A stretch of 64,000 nt of DNA from Candidatus Bathyarchaeota archaeon (GTDB lineage: Archaea; Thermoproteota; Bathyarchaeia; Bathyarchaeales; Bathycorpusculaceae): NCBI GenBank assembly GCA_963780185.1, contig CAWABA010000011.1:64001-128000 (forward strand), in the 5' to 3' direction. Each line of letters starts with the position of its first letter. Within the stretch, counting starts at the first letter, position 1. The notes beneath the pieces were generated by a model. It was given only the letters and a program-made list of their open reading frames with translations. It was not told where the DNA came from and did no database searches. This document shows positions 1-9,557 of this stretch, in pieces. The position numbers and the translations under genes were made by a program.

Positions 1-183
1 GTCCGAAGACGAGTAGTACTTAGCGGAGGAGCAGGCTTCACCCAGAATAAAAAGGGAGAAAGAAAACGCAAAACAGTCCGCGGCAGCACAATAACCGACG
101 AAATCGCCCAAATCAACATGAAAATCGTCGAAAAACCAGGCGCAAAAGCCTCCGAAGCCAAGCCTAAACAACCCGCAAAATAA
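1..183 (+). CDS. rps6e: 30S ribosomal protein S6e, 3' part (truncated by window edge)
   Basis: Frame 1 reads VRRRVVLSGGAGF...GERKRKTVRGSTITDEIAQINMKIV...TAA (181-183); typical S6e C-terminus, upstream of aIF2gamma as usual. Confidence 0.92.
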   Translation, partial: VRRRVVLSGGAGFTQNKKGERKRKTVRGSTITDEIAQINMKIVEKPGAKASEAKPKQPAK

Positions 184-273
184 GCCGCAGTTTAGTAGAC
201 TGCCATGCTTAAACCTTATAAACTTCCATAGTTCTTTCATAATTCATTAAATTTATTTAGAGAAGAGAAAAAC

Positions 274-1527
274 ATGAGTGAAGCGACAAAAGCCCTGCCT
301 AAACAGCCAGAAGTCAACGTTGGCACAATAGGCCATGTAGACCACGGCAAAACAACTTTGGTGCAAGCGTTAACAGGCACATGGGCTTCCAGACACAGCG
401 AAGAACTCAAAAGAGGCATCACCATCAAACTCGGCTACGCAGACATGCCGATCTACAAATGCCCCAAATGCGAACCGCCCAACAACTACACCCACAAACC
501 TTACTGCGAAAAATGCAATTCACCTGCAGAATTTGTCCGAGCCATAAGTTTTGTTGATGCACCCGGACACGAAGCGTTGATGGCTACCATGCTCAGCGGC
601 GCAGCCATAATGGATGGCGCAATCCTCGTGATCGCAGCTGACGAACCCTGCCCTCAACCACAGACAAGGGAGCATCTTGCAGCCGCGGAAGTCAGCGGAA
701 TCAAAAACCTGATTATTGTACAGAACAAAATTGACATTGTAGACCAGAAAAGAGCAATGGAAAGCTACAATGAAATCAAAAACTTCATCAAAGGCACCGT
801 CGCTGAAAAAGCACCCATCATCCCGATCTCAGCTCAAAGAGGCATAAACATCGATGTACTGCTTAACGCCATTGAAACAATAATACCCACGCCTAAAAGA
901 GACGAAACCAAACCGCCGCTCATGTACATTATTCGCTCCTTCGACATTAACAAGCCTGGAACAACCATCGACGGCTTAGAAGGCGGCATCATCGGCGGAA
1001 CAATAGCTCAAGGAAAATTCGTTGTTGGAGAAGAAATAGAAATCCGCCCCGGCATCAGCGTTGAAAGAGAAGGCAAAACCTTCTATGACCCGCTTATCAG
1101 CGAAATAGTTAGCCTGCATGCGGGTGACCAAACCGTGAAGGAAGCTACATGTGGAGGACTGGTCGGGGTAGGAACTTTGCTTGACCCATCTTACTCAAAA
1201 GCGGACGGCTTAACAGGAAGCATCGCGGGAAAAGTTGGATTGCTTCCGCCGACGCTAACAGAGCTCACCTTAGAAACCCATGTGTTGGAGCGGGCAGTGG
1301 GAACAAAAGAGCTGTTGAAGGTTGAGAAGTTCAATCCTGACGAGCAACTTTTGCTTCACATCGGAGCCGCAGTGAACGTTGGCAAAATCATCTCCATAAA
1401 ACAAAACGTGATAAAAGTAAAGCTGACGAGACCGATCTGTGCATTGCCAGGTTCACGAGTTGCCATAAGCAGAAAAATCACGTCGCGTTGGAGACTTATT
1501 GGACACGGTCTAATAGTTGCGAAGTAG
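274..1527 (+). CDS. eif2g: Translation initiation factor aIF2 gamma subunit
   Basis: GHVDHGKTT, DAPGHE, QNKID, zinc knuckle, C-terminal WRLIGHG. Confidence 0.97.
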   Translation: MSEATKALPKQPEVNVGTIGHVDHGKTTLVQALTGTWASRHSEELKRGITIKLGYADMPIYKCPKCEPPNNYTHKPYCEKCNSPAEFVRAISFVDAPGHEALMATMLSGAAIMDGAILVIAADEPCPQPQTREHLAAAEVSGIKNLIIVQNKIDIVDQKRAMESYNEIKNFIKGTVAEKAPIIPISAQRGINIDVLLNAIETIIPTPKRDETKPPLMYIIRSFDINKPGTTIDGLEGGIIGGTIAQGKFVVGEEIEIRPGISVEREGKTFYDPLISEIVSLHAGDQTVKEATCGGLVGVGTLLDPSYSKADGLTGSIAGKVGLLPPTLTELTLETHVLERAVGTKELLKVEKFNPDEQLLLHIGAAVNVGKIISIKQNVIKVKLTRPICALPGSRVAISRKITSRWRLIGHGLIVAK

Positions 1528-1532
1528 ACGCA

Positions 1533-1970
1533 TTATTCTACTGGTTTTATTATTCCTTTTTTCTTGATGAAATCATGCGCCTTTTGCAGCACGTCTTTAG
1601 AGTTCTTGAAACTTAACTTCTCCAAGGCATGCGCGTAATCAAGCCAAATGTAACCCACATGTTCAAAAGACAACTCTACCTTATCGGTGAAAGCCTCCAT
1701 AACAAAGAAAACAACCTCTTTATGGATAGTTAAGCCCTGACGCCTATAGAAGTAAGCGATAGCTTCCCTGAAGTCATCTATGAACTGCGCTCCAGTTATG
1801 CTTGTTTCTTCTTGCAGTTCACGCACAACCGTCTGTTTCTCGTTTTCGTTAGCTTCCATGTTGCCTTTAACGAAATCCCAATGCCCAGCGGCATAATTCA
1901 AAAGCAGATATTTTGTGGCATCATCTTTCCTTATGAACACCACTGCGCCACAGGATTTCTCGCGAAGCAT
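1533..1970 (-). CDS. NUDIX hydrolase (Ap4A hydrolase-like)
   Basis: Nudix box KGNMEANENEKQTVVRELQEET; EKSCGAVVF start; LSFEH. Confidence 0.88.
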   Translation of the reverse strand: MLREKSCGAVVFIRKDDATKYLLLNYAAGHWDFVKGNMEANENEKQTVVRELQEETSITGAQFIDDFREAIAYFYRRQGLTIHKEVVFFVMEAFTDKVELSFEHVGYIWLDYAHALEKLSFKNSKDVLQKAHDFIKKKGIIKPVE

Positions 1971-2128
1971 GCATTCACCTAACCGCTGGTCAATTCACCT
2001 GTTCAAGGTATTTAAGTTAATTGTTAATTCAGGAGCATGTTAAGCAAACCCGATCAAAGCAAGCCAAGTGAACACAATGTTTTAAGCAGGCAAAAAGCAA
2101 TCTTTTCAGGAGCCGGGAGCTGCGCCAT

Positions 2129-2551
2129 TTGTCAAATTCACCCAAATCAAAAGAACCGTTGAAGGTTATTTTAGATTCAAACGCGCTTTTTGTCCAACTC
2201 GAATTGAAAATAGACGTCTTTGAGGAAACAAAACGCCTGCTAAACAGAAATCTTGATTTTATTCTGCTCTCGCCCGTGAAACAGGAGCTTGAGCTGCTTG
2301 CAGCCAAGGATTCGCCTAAAACACGTAGGGAAGCCATTTACGCTTTGAAGCTTGCCGAGAAATGCAGGTATGTTACGGTGGAAAACTCTGAAAAATTGTC
2401 GATTGACGATGTTATTGTTAAAGTTTCTAAAGCTTGGAATTCACCTGTGTTTACCAATGATAGGCAGCTGCGGAAGAGGCTAAAAGATATAAGTGTGCCA
2501 GTGATTTATGTGAGACAAAAATCGCGCCTAGATATTGACGGATTGATATAA
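2129..2551 (+). CDS. PIN-domain protein (Fcf1/Utp24-like rRNA processing)
   Basis: VILDSN, VFTNDRQLRKRL, PVIYVRQ; conserved position before rpo7. Confidence 0.88.
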   Translation: MSNSPKSKEPLKVILDSNALFVQLELKIDVFEETKRLLNRNLDFILLSPVKQELELLAAKDSPKTRREAIYALKLAEKCRYVTVENSEKLSIDDVIVKVSKAWNSPVFTNDRQLRKRLKDISVPVIYVRQKSRLDIDGLI

Positions 2552-2555
2552 AACT

Positions 2556-3143
2556 ATGTTTAAGCTCATAACTCTTCAGGACACTATCCGCATTCCTCCA
2601 GAAACCTTCGGCAACCCACTGGAAAAGGTAGGCCGTGAACAGGTAAAACAGAAGTATGAAGGCGTCGTCGACGAGGAATTAGGATACGTCATTGCAGTCA
2701 CAAGCATTGAAGTGAGCCCTATAGGAAAAATAATCCCAGGCGACGGAGCAACCTACCACAAAGTATCATTCTCCTTACTAACATTCTACCCAGTTATTCA
2801 GGAAATCGTGGAAGGCGACGTAGTAGAAATCGCAGATTTCGGAGCTTTCCTACGCATAGGACCAGTAGATGCCCTACTGCACGTGTCACAACTCATGGAT
2901 GACTACATCTCCTACGACGAAAAACAAGGAGTGCTACTGGGAAAAGAAAGCAAAAGAAAGCTAACCTCAGGCGACCAAGTCAGGGTAAGAATAACTGCGG
3001 TTTCGCTTGGACGCGCTGGAAGCTCAGGAAAGATCGGTGTTACAGCCAGGCAACCATTCTTAGGTAAGCTTGATTGGTTAAAGGAGCCACTTGGGCTGCC
3101 TGCGGAAAAGAAACCAGCGGAACCCAAAGAAAAAGCAGATTAA
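2556..3143 (+). CDS. rpoE1: RNA polymerase subunit Rpo7 (E')
   Basis: IRIPP, IIPGDGA, S1 domain FGAFLRIGPVDALLHVSQ, RQPFLGK. Confidence 0.96.
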   Translation: MFKLITLQDTIRIPPETFGNPLEKVGREQVKQKYEGVVDEELGYVIAVTSIEVSPIGKIIPGDGATYHKVSFSLLTFYPVIQEIVEGDVVEIADFGAFLRIGPVDALLHVSQLMDDYISYDEKQGVLLGKESKRKLTSGDQVRVRITAVSLGRAGSSGKIGVTARQPFLGKLDWLKEPLGLPAEKKPAEPKEKAD

Positions 3144-3153
3144 ACAGGAGTGA

Positions 3154-3345
3154 TTGGGATTGAGTGAGAAAGCTTGCGCTAACTGTCATTTTATAACCAA
3201 AGAAAACGTCTGCCCAAAATGCAGGTCTACAAGTTTCAGCGAGGATTACAGCGGCTTAGTCGTTATGTTTGACCCAGATACCTCAGCTATCGCCAAAGCC
3301 ATGAACATTAAAGAAAAAGGCAGATACGCGTTAAAAGTACGCTAA
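3154..3345 (+). CDS. spt4: Transcription elongation factor Spt4 (RpoE2)
   Basis: ACANC...CPKC zinc ribbon, GRYALKVR. Confidence 0.95.
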   Translation: MGLSEKACANCHFITKENVCPKCRSTSFSEDYSGLVVMFDPDTSAIAKAMNIKEKGRYALKVR

Positions 3346-3391
3346 ACAATTTTATGGTAGCACGCTAAACGGCTTAAGAGACCCCAATTCT

Positions 3392-3904
3392 TTGGGTCAC
3401 AAGGTTGAAATGATGACTACAGAGTACACCATAACACCTGAGCTCAGAATCAAACTCAAAGAACCATTCGGCACCCTGATTCAAGGCACATTCGACGAAA
3501 CCATGAACCAAATGAAGAAGCTAGTTGAAAAAGAGAAGCCGCCAAAAATAATTTCTGTGGGAGACGTAGTTTCCCTCAACCTTCATGAACACAACATTCA
3601 TCCGCAGCTTACAATTATCGACAACAAATCCCTCAGAAACCAAACAATGCCGGAAAGGGCAAAGGTCGAAAAAACTGTCTGTGTCATTAACCCTCAGGGA
3701 ACGATAACTAAAGAAGCAGCTGCGGCAGTCAAGGAAGCCATAGATGCAAACGAGCACACGCATATCGTTGTTGACGGCGAAGAAGATTTGCTTACGCTAA
3801 TCGCTGTTTTGTATGCACCAGAAAAAACGTTAGTGGTTTACGGACAACCTTACAAGGGCATTGTTGTCGTTAAGGTTACAGCGGAGAAAAAGGCCGCACG
3901 TTGA
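3392..3904 (+). CDS. GTP-dependent dephospho-CoA kinase (DUF359); true start probably ATG ~3410
   Basis: LKEPFG, SVGDVV, VDGEEDLL, YGQP motifs; canonical position between spt4 and rps24e. Confidence 0.9.
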   Translation: MGHKVEMMTTEYTITPELRIKLKEPFGTLIQGTFDETMNQMKKLVEKEKPPKIISVGDVVSLNLHEHNIHPQLTIIDNKSLRNQTMPERAKVEKTVCVINPQGTITKEAAAAVKEAIDANEHTHIVVDGEEDLLTLIAVLYAPEKTLVVYGQPYKGIVVVKVTAEKKAAR

Positions 3905-3986
3905 AAAACTCTTAAAATCCATGGAACCCTTAGAAAAGCTAAATAGGAAGAAAACTGTTTGAACTAACCGCTTCAAGTGAACATTT

Positions 3987-4298
3987 ATGCAGATAAAAGT
4001 AGAAACAACCAAGGATAACCCGCTTCTGAAGCGAAGAGAAGTAGGCTTCACCATAATTCAGGGTCCAAAAGAGAAGACTCCGCCGAGGCTTCAAGTCAAG
4101 ACAGCTCTAGCCATGGAGATGAGAATTGGGGACGACGTGGTCTTCATCAAGAGGATGCATACAAAAACTGGAACAAACATCACAGTGGGAGACGCAAACG
4201 TTTACCAAAAAGCTGAACAGGCTAAACTAGTTGAGCCTGAATACATCCGCAAACGTAACAGTCCACCTGAGAAACCCAAAGAAGAGGCGACAGCATAA
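3987..4298 (+). CDS. rps24e: 30S ribosomal protein S24e
   Basis: NPLLKRREV, TPPR, EPEYIRKRN. Confidence 0.94.
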   Translation: MQIKVETTKDNPLLKRREVGFTIIQGPKEKTPPRLQVKTALAMEMRIGDDVVFIKRMHTKTGTNITVGDANVYQKAEQAKLVEPEYIRKRNSPPEKPKEEATA

Positions 4299-4583
4299 TG
4301 TCCAAGAAACCGCCAGTAGCAAAGAAGGAAGAGGCGCCTAAGACAGCAGCAGCCAGCCGCAGAAGCAGCCGCGCCAGCGCCGGCAAAAAAGGCTGAGAAA
4401 GGAAAGCGGGAAAAGAAGCATAAAGAGGAAAAAGGCGTCAAAGCAATGTACAAAGTCGAAGGCGACAAAGTTTCCAGAGCACGCCCGACTTGCGAGCGGT
4501 GTGGACCAGGATACTTCATGGCAGACCACCATGACAGGTACACATGCGGTCACTGCGGCTTCACAAGGTACAAGCAGAAATAA
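4298..4583 (+). CDS. rps27ae: 30S ribosomal protein S27ae with Ala/Lys-rich N-terminal extension (one frameshift ~4350, probably sequencing error)
   Basis: Not in ORF track; 4446-4583 reads MYKVEGDKVSRARPTCERCGPGYFMADHHDRYTCGHCGFT; ATG 4298 overlaps the rps24e stop but is one base out of frame. Confidence 0.9.
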
Positions 4584-4632
4584 GCAGTTTTAAATCCTGC
4601 TTGAACAATTAGGTTCCTTCTGATGACCCCTA

Positions 4633-5061
4633 ATGCTTAGAGTAAACGTTGTCATAACAAGCATTTCTGCTGAACGCTTCTGGGATATGAGGAAGCCTAT
4701 TCCGCCCATTCAAATCAACACCAACATCAATGTTGTCGGCATGGAAAAGAAGCAGGATGAATCTTTAGAAGTCCCGTTTGTTCTTTCAATCACCTTTAAC
4801 CCCTCAATCGCTCAAATGAGCCTGAAAGGAAACGCCTACGTCGCAGGCGAAAAAACCGAAGTCGACAAAGTCCTCAAAGACTACGACCAGAAGAAACCGC
4901 CAGCCCAAATAATAATCCAATCAATATCAAACGTCGTCTTCATCGAATCAGTACTCATATCAAGAATACTGAACATCCCGCCGCCAATCCCCCTACCTCA
5001 GATAGCTGAAACTGGGAAACCGCCAAGCTCCAAACCAGAAGGAAGAGACTACAGCGCATAG
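4633..5061 (+). CDS. Conserved archaeal hypothetical protein
   Basis: 142-aa clean ORF with beta-strand pattern and C-terminal NIPPPIPLP motif. Confidence 0.75.
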   Translation: MLRVNVVITSISAERFWDMRKPIPPIQINTNINVVGMEKKQDESLEVPFVLSITFNPSIAQMSLKGNAYVAGEKTEVDKVLKDYDQKKPPAQIIIQSISNVVFIESVLISRILNIPPPIPLPQIAETGKPPSSKPEGRDYSA

Positions 5062-5233
5062 CAGCTTTCCGGGATAGTTATTTTTATTTTTTTCACCCCT
5101 TTCTAGCAACCTTGTTGTATCTCACCCTCCTTCGCGTGGCGTAGCATTCGGCTAATCGGGTTGAGCCTTGGTAGAGTCAAGATGGCGGCTAGATTTATCA
5201 GGAAGTATGTATACATTATGTATGGTGTTGGAA

Positions 5234-5461
5234 ATGGCAAGGCAGATTTCAGTCTCAAACGAAGTCTACGAACTACTCTTGGAAAGAAAAGGCAAGAAGA
5301 GCTTTTCAGAGGTAATCAAAGAGAGCCTCAGCCCAAAAGAAAAACGCGGAGACATCATGAAGTTAGCGGGCATCCTGAAAGAAGACAAAGAAGATCTTGA
5401 ACAGCTAAAAAAACAGATAGAAGCCGAAAGAGAAGCAAATTACGGAAGGAAATTTGAGTGA
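5234..5461 (+). CDS. vapB: VapB-type antitoxin (copy 1)
   Basis: MARQISVSNEVYELL...KKSFSEVIKE...IMKLAGIL; overlaps downstream PIN toxin (GTGA); ATG 5234 matches the start of copy 2. Confidence 0.88.
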   Translation: MARQISVSNEVYELLLERKGKKSFSEVIKESLSPKEKRGDIMKLAGILKEDKEDLEQLKKQIEAEREANYGRKFE

Positions 5462-5832
5462 CGCTTCTCGATACAAGCGTCATAATAGATTACTTAGCAG
5501 GCGACCAAAAAATTGTCGCTTTAGTAAAAGAAATCTTGACTAAAGAAGATGCCAAGACTACAACCATAACCGAATATGAGTTGCTCAGGCACAAGTCAAG
5601 AATAAGGAAACAAGCCGCTGAACGATTTCTATCCAGCGCGACAGTCTACGTATTTGACAGAGCAGCCGCCAAAGAGTCAGCAACTCTCTTTCAAGAACTG
5701 CAAGATTCGGGCAAAATGATAAATGAAAATGACATACTTATCGCTGGCATCGCCCTGGCTTATGGCGAAGTGTTGCTGACAAGAGACCGAAAACTCGCCA
5801 GCATAGGAAAAGCCAACATAAAAATCATCTAA
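5458..5832 (+). CDS. vapC: VapC PIN-domain toxin
   Basis: LLDTSVIID, ITEYEL, NENDILIAGIA, LLTRD. Confidence 0.93.
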   Translation: MTLLDTSVIIDYLAGDQKIVALVKEILTKEDAKTTTITEYELLRHKSRIRKQAAERFLSSATVYVFDRAAAKESATLFQELQDSGKMINENDILIAGIALAYGEVLLTRDRKLASIGKANIKII

Positions 5833-5858
5833 TTACCAGCCGCATCGTTTGGGAGGCT

Positions 5859-5946
5859 GGTGTGTGGGTTGTAACCCGCCTTTACAGGAACCCTTGAATC
5901 TTTTGGCAACAGCATCCGCAATTTTTAGTTCCACGGAAAAAGAAAA
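5859..5946 (-). repeat. Diverged copy of the 3' end and downstream flank of the radical SAM gene (11083-11171)
   Basis: Reverse strand reads FSFSVELKIADAVAKRF(K)GFL-stop (one base missing) vs FSFPIELKLADAVARRSKGFL-stop; shared GGTGTGTGGG flank. Confidence 0.88.
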
Positions 5947-5988
5947 CCGCCGACCCCCAAACCAGAAGGAAGAGACTACAGCCAATAG
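5944..5988 (+). repeat. Diverged copy of the 3' end of gene 4633-5061
   Basis: KPPTPKPEGRDYSQ-stop vs KPPSSKPEGRDYSA-stop; exact CCAAACCAGAAGGAAGAGACTACAGC at 5030-5055 and 5957-5982. Confidence 0.92.
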
Positions 5989-6146
5989 CTGCCCTTTTAG
6001 ATAGCAATTTCTTTCGTTTTTTTTTCACTTACATTAACCACTATTTTACAGCCTTGTTGCCATTTTAGGGTTAATTTTTTGGGGAAATATAAAAAAGCGG
6101 GCTAGATTTTATCTGGAACGCACGTATACATTACGTATGATTATAG

Positions 6147-6380
6147 ATGACACGACAGATTTCAGTCTCAAACGAAGTCTACGAACTACTCCTAAAACGA
6201 AAAGGCAAAAAAAGCTTCTCCCAAGTCATAAAAGAAAGCCTCACCTCAACCGAAAAGAAAACCAACATAATGAAATTCGCCGGAATCATGAAGGACGAAA
6301 AAGAAAAACTTGAACAACTAAAATTGCAAATTGCCGCTGAAAGAGAAGATAATTACGGCAGACCATTTGAAGAGGAATAG
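6147..6380 (+). CDS. vapB: VapB-type antitoxin (copy 2)
   Basis: Paralog of 5234-5461 (RQISVSNEVYELL identical); similar upstream GGCTAGATTT(T)ATC and GTATACATTA.GTATG motifs. Confidence 0.88.
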   Translation: MTRQISVSNEVYELLLKRKGKKSFSQVIKESLTSTEKKTNIMKFAGIMKDEKEKLEQLKLQIAAEREDNYGRPFEEE

Positions 6381-6381
6381 C

Positions 6382-6465
6382 CCGTTAATAGATACAAGTG
6401 TTATAATCAATTTCATCGCAGGAGACGAAAAGCTTGTTTCATCAGTAGAAGAACTCTCCAGCTAA
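6382..6465 (+). pseudogene. Truncated vapC remnant
   Basis: PLIDTSVIINFIAGDEKLVSSVEELSS-stop aligns with the VapC N-terminus (LLDTSVIIDYLAGDQKIV); no start codon, rest missing. Confidence 0.8.
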
Positions 6466-6625
6466 ATCGTTGGAAAGGTTTTCTGTTGAGTTGTAACTCC
6501 TTAGGGCTTAGTAAATTTACTTGTTCATTTTGTTCAATTAGTCTCACTGTTTATAATTGATCTGGCGTAATTAAGCGTCGAAAAAAATCTCTTGAAGTTT
6601 AGCGATCAACTATTTGTCTGCGAGT

Positions 6626-7612
6626 TTACAAACTTTCTACTTTTTTGAAGTCATGTTCTTTTTCTAAAGTGCCTTCATCGAAAAACCGAAACATTGAGCT
6701 TTCCAGATAGCAGCTTTCCAACTCGATACTTAGCCATTGGCGATTCCATTTTTCGGCGGCTTCTCCGGTTACATTGCTACCGGCAAATGGGTCTAAAACT
6801 ACATCACCTTGGTCTGTCAAAAAATTAATAAAAAATTCAGGCAGTTGAATAGGAAAACGAGCTGGATGAGGTTTCACTCCGTATTGCCTACATAGCTTTG
6901 AGTATTTACTATTCGATTCTGTATTGGAGTATTGTAGGAGATTATCTGGTTCCTCAACGTTTGAAAAATCTAAGAGATTGGCAGGAATAGAGCCACCCTG
7001 CCCATTGTAAAAATTGTCAGAAATTTTGTATCCCGATGGTCTCAAAGCATTTGGCTTGTAATAGTTTTTATCGCCCAAAAGCATTTGCATTGATTTACTA
7101 TACTGCCTTAGCACTCGCCTATTATCTGCTTTGGGATTGGGTGTTTTTGATAGCCAAAAAATTTGGTCAACTGCATCCTTCAATCTCAATCCTTTAACGG
7201 TAACATATTGAACAGGTGACGGCAACTTCGCTTTATTAAACCAGTAAATATCTTGGTCAAGATAAAATCCTAGCTCAGAGCACATGCGTAATAAAAGCTC
7301 GTATTGGTACAAGTTTTTTGTCGGGGTGCCCTTAGTCCAACTACCGCCTATATCTATTACAATGCTTCCGTCATCTTTAATGATTCTTTTGAATTCCTTG
7401 GCGAAGGGCATAAACCATTCAACATATTCATCAGGCGCCTTGTTACCATATTCTTTTTTCTTCTGCAGGGCAAAAGGGGGGGAGGTCATAATTAATTGAA
7501 TGCTATCAGATTCAAGGTCTTTCATAAGGTCTAAGGAGTTACCAACGAATGCGGCACCCAGTTCAGTACTGTAAAGAGGTGTAGAAGCGCCTATTTTTTT
7601 GAGAATGCTCAT
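6626..7612 (-). CDS. Beta-class amino DNA methyltransferase, M.PvuII-like (N4-cytosine family)
   Basis: TSPPFALQKKKEYGN (motif IV) precedes DPFAGS (motif I); AKLPSP, GGSIP, HPARFP as in M.PvuII. Confidence 0.93.
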   Translation of the reverse strand: MSILKKIGASTPLYSTELGAAFVGNSLDLMKDLESDSIQLIMTSPPFALQKKKEYGNKAPDEYVEWFMPFAKEFKRIIKDDGSIVIDIGGSWTKGTPTKNLYQYELLLRMCSELGFYLDQDIYWFNKAKLPSPVQYVTVKGLRLKDAVDQIFWLSKTPNPKADNRRVLRQYSKSMQMLLGDKNYYKPNALRPSGYKISDNFYNGQGGSIPANLLDFSNVEEPDNLLQYSNTESNSKYSKLCRQYGVKPHPARFPIQLPEFFINFLTDQGDVVLDPFAGSNVTGEAAEKWNRQWLSIELESCYLESSMFRFFDEGTLEKEHDFKKVESL

Positions 7613-8376
7613 TATTGACCTGCCGTTGGGTTAAGTTCAGATGCATTCCGTTTGATTAAACGCGATGTTACTTTGTCGATATGGCAAGATAACAAACCTT
7701 TTCTTAAAACCTCCGAAACGCACTTTTCTAATTTATCGTGTGACCATTCTTTGGAAAGGTCGCCATATTTACCAGGCAACTTGAGATAGGAACAAAACTC
7801 ATCGAAGTGTTCACTTATTTCTGCCAAACGCACCGCTTCAAAACTCGAAATACAGCCAAAAGAAATCCCGAAAAAAGATGCTAACATATGTGCAGATGCC
7901 AGCAAGTCTCCGTCGTCACTTAAAATGAACGGTTCATAGTGAGTCTTCAAGCGAATCCAATAAGCGTTTGCTAAAAGATTTATGTCAGTAGTTGAAATTC
8001 CAGAATCCAATTTCTTTAAAACTTTAGTCAGAGTTTCTGATTCTGTCTCAATTTCTGACAACGCTACATTCAGCCCGTCTGAGAACTTTTTTAGAAAAGC
8101 GTGATAAACATCATTATCAAGGTCAATTTTTGCTTTCCAAGCCATTAATGCAGCCGTGTCCAATTTTCTGTTTCTATTTAGCTTTGATTTGATGTTTTCC
8201 GATACCATATCTGTGGCGAGGAACACTCCGATTTTAGTTCCAATCTGCTCAAGCGCACCTACATCAATTTTAAGCTTTATCCACATCTCATATACGGTTT
8301 CGTCTGAGATAATTACGACTGTCCGCTTAAGTTTTTCAGGATTAGTATAACTTGATTGCTGGGCTATTTTTTTCAC
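7612..8376 (-). CDS. Divergent PIN-domain protein
   Basis: Acidic PIN-like motifs IISDET, STTDINLLANA, ILSDDGDL; GTG start follows the ATPase stop directly. Confidence 0.6.
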   Translation of the reverse strand: MKKIAQQSSYTNPEKLKRTVVIISDETVYEMWIKLKIDVGALEQIGTKIGVFLATDMVSENIKSKLNRNRKLDTAALMAWKAKIDLDNDVYHAFLKKFSDGLNVALSEIETESETLTKVLKKLDSGISTTDINLLANAYWIRLKTHYEPFILSDDGDLLASAHMLASFFGISFGCISSFEAVRLAEISEHFDEFCSYLKLPGKYGDLSKEWSHDKLEKCVSEVLRKGLLSCHIDKVTSRLIKRNASELNPTAGQ

Positions 8377-9557
8377 CTATTTACCGAGCTTTTCGGTAAG
8401 CTGTTTCATGACTTCATCGGAATACAGCGTGTTATTCTGTTTTTTATATATTGTCGAATCAATTACCAGTCTTTCAGGTTGTTTAGCTACCGCATAAGAA
8501 TCAACGAATATCTTCATCATTTCGCTGTTAATCATTCTAAATGTGAGACTGCTTCCTAAAAGTGGTGATCAGTGAGTCGGCGATACCAGAAATAACTTCT
8601 TGAGTTAGCACTGTATAGGGATCAACCTTACATCGCTTTGAGATACACTCGTAGATATATTCTCTAACTACTTCGGCGGTCTTGACATAGGAAAATTCGA
8701 TCTTGTCCTTGATTCTCGTCAGAAAAGCTTCTTGTAGCAGATCTTCTACGTTTGCGAATGAAGCAAGAGTAAATATCAAGAACATTGTCCAATCATTAGG
8801 AATCTTTTCATGCATTTTTCTCAGAAAATCGCTTATCATAAATCGCTCTGTGGCAGTAGCGCGGGAGAGATTTTCAAGCTCATCAATTGAAATAACAACC
8901 CTTGAGAATCTCTTGGCAAGAATAATGACAAGAATTCTCATAATCTCGACCATGTCGTCAGTATCGCTTAGTTTTCCAATTTTACTCTTGCCTTGAGTTA
9001 AGAAATTGTATCCATCTATGTCCTCAAGAGGAGCAATCAGTAATTCACCACCGATCGAGGGATGAATGTTGCTCTTAATATCGCGAAAAGCTTTCCTGAT
9101 GTTGCCTTCGCCCAAATCTTTCTGAGCACATAATATCTTCAATAGCAGCTGGTCTTTTTTAATTTCTGCAAAACAAGATTCGACCATTTTTCTATGCAAA
9201 GAAAGTGTTAATTCTCCCGTTCTTCGAGGCACTATAGCTGTAATACGAAAATTAAATGTTTCAATTTGTGGTTTGTCTAGCACATTAAAAATTGTTTTTT
9301 GTACGTCCGAATTGGCCAAATATTGTATAGCGAATGTTTTCCCAACCCCTGCGGGACCATATAATACATAAATAAAGGGTGAAGCAAACATTACAGAATC
9401 CAATTGTACTCTAACCATTTTTTCCCAAACTGCATGGTTATCTGCCCAATAATCCACTGAAACTGGTGGGTCTAGCGGAAACGGATCTTTATCCCTTAGG
9501 TAACCCCAAAGCATTCAAGGCATGGTTATATTTTTCCCTTTGTTGCTCATCAGACAT
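8377..9557 (-). CDS. AAA+ P-loop ATPase (~390 aa, rebuilt across frameshifts near 9497, 8553 and 8440)
   Basis: Walker A GPAGVGKT, Walker B ISIDELE; N-terminus MSDEQQ...LGLPKDKDPFP from ATG 9557; C-terminal frames LTFRMIN and ...KLGK-TAG at 8377. Confidence 0.8.

Noticed and set aside
1533-1970. Inverted NUDIX gene inside the aIF2gamma-rpo7 cluster as a mobile insertion
   Set aside because: No flanking repeats or compositional shift; likely a lineage-specific gene order.
6626-7612. Classical PvuII-type restriction-modification pair
   Set aside because: No neighbouring ORF resembles a short type II endonuclease or C-protein; the partners are PIN, ATPase and wHTH proteins.
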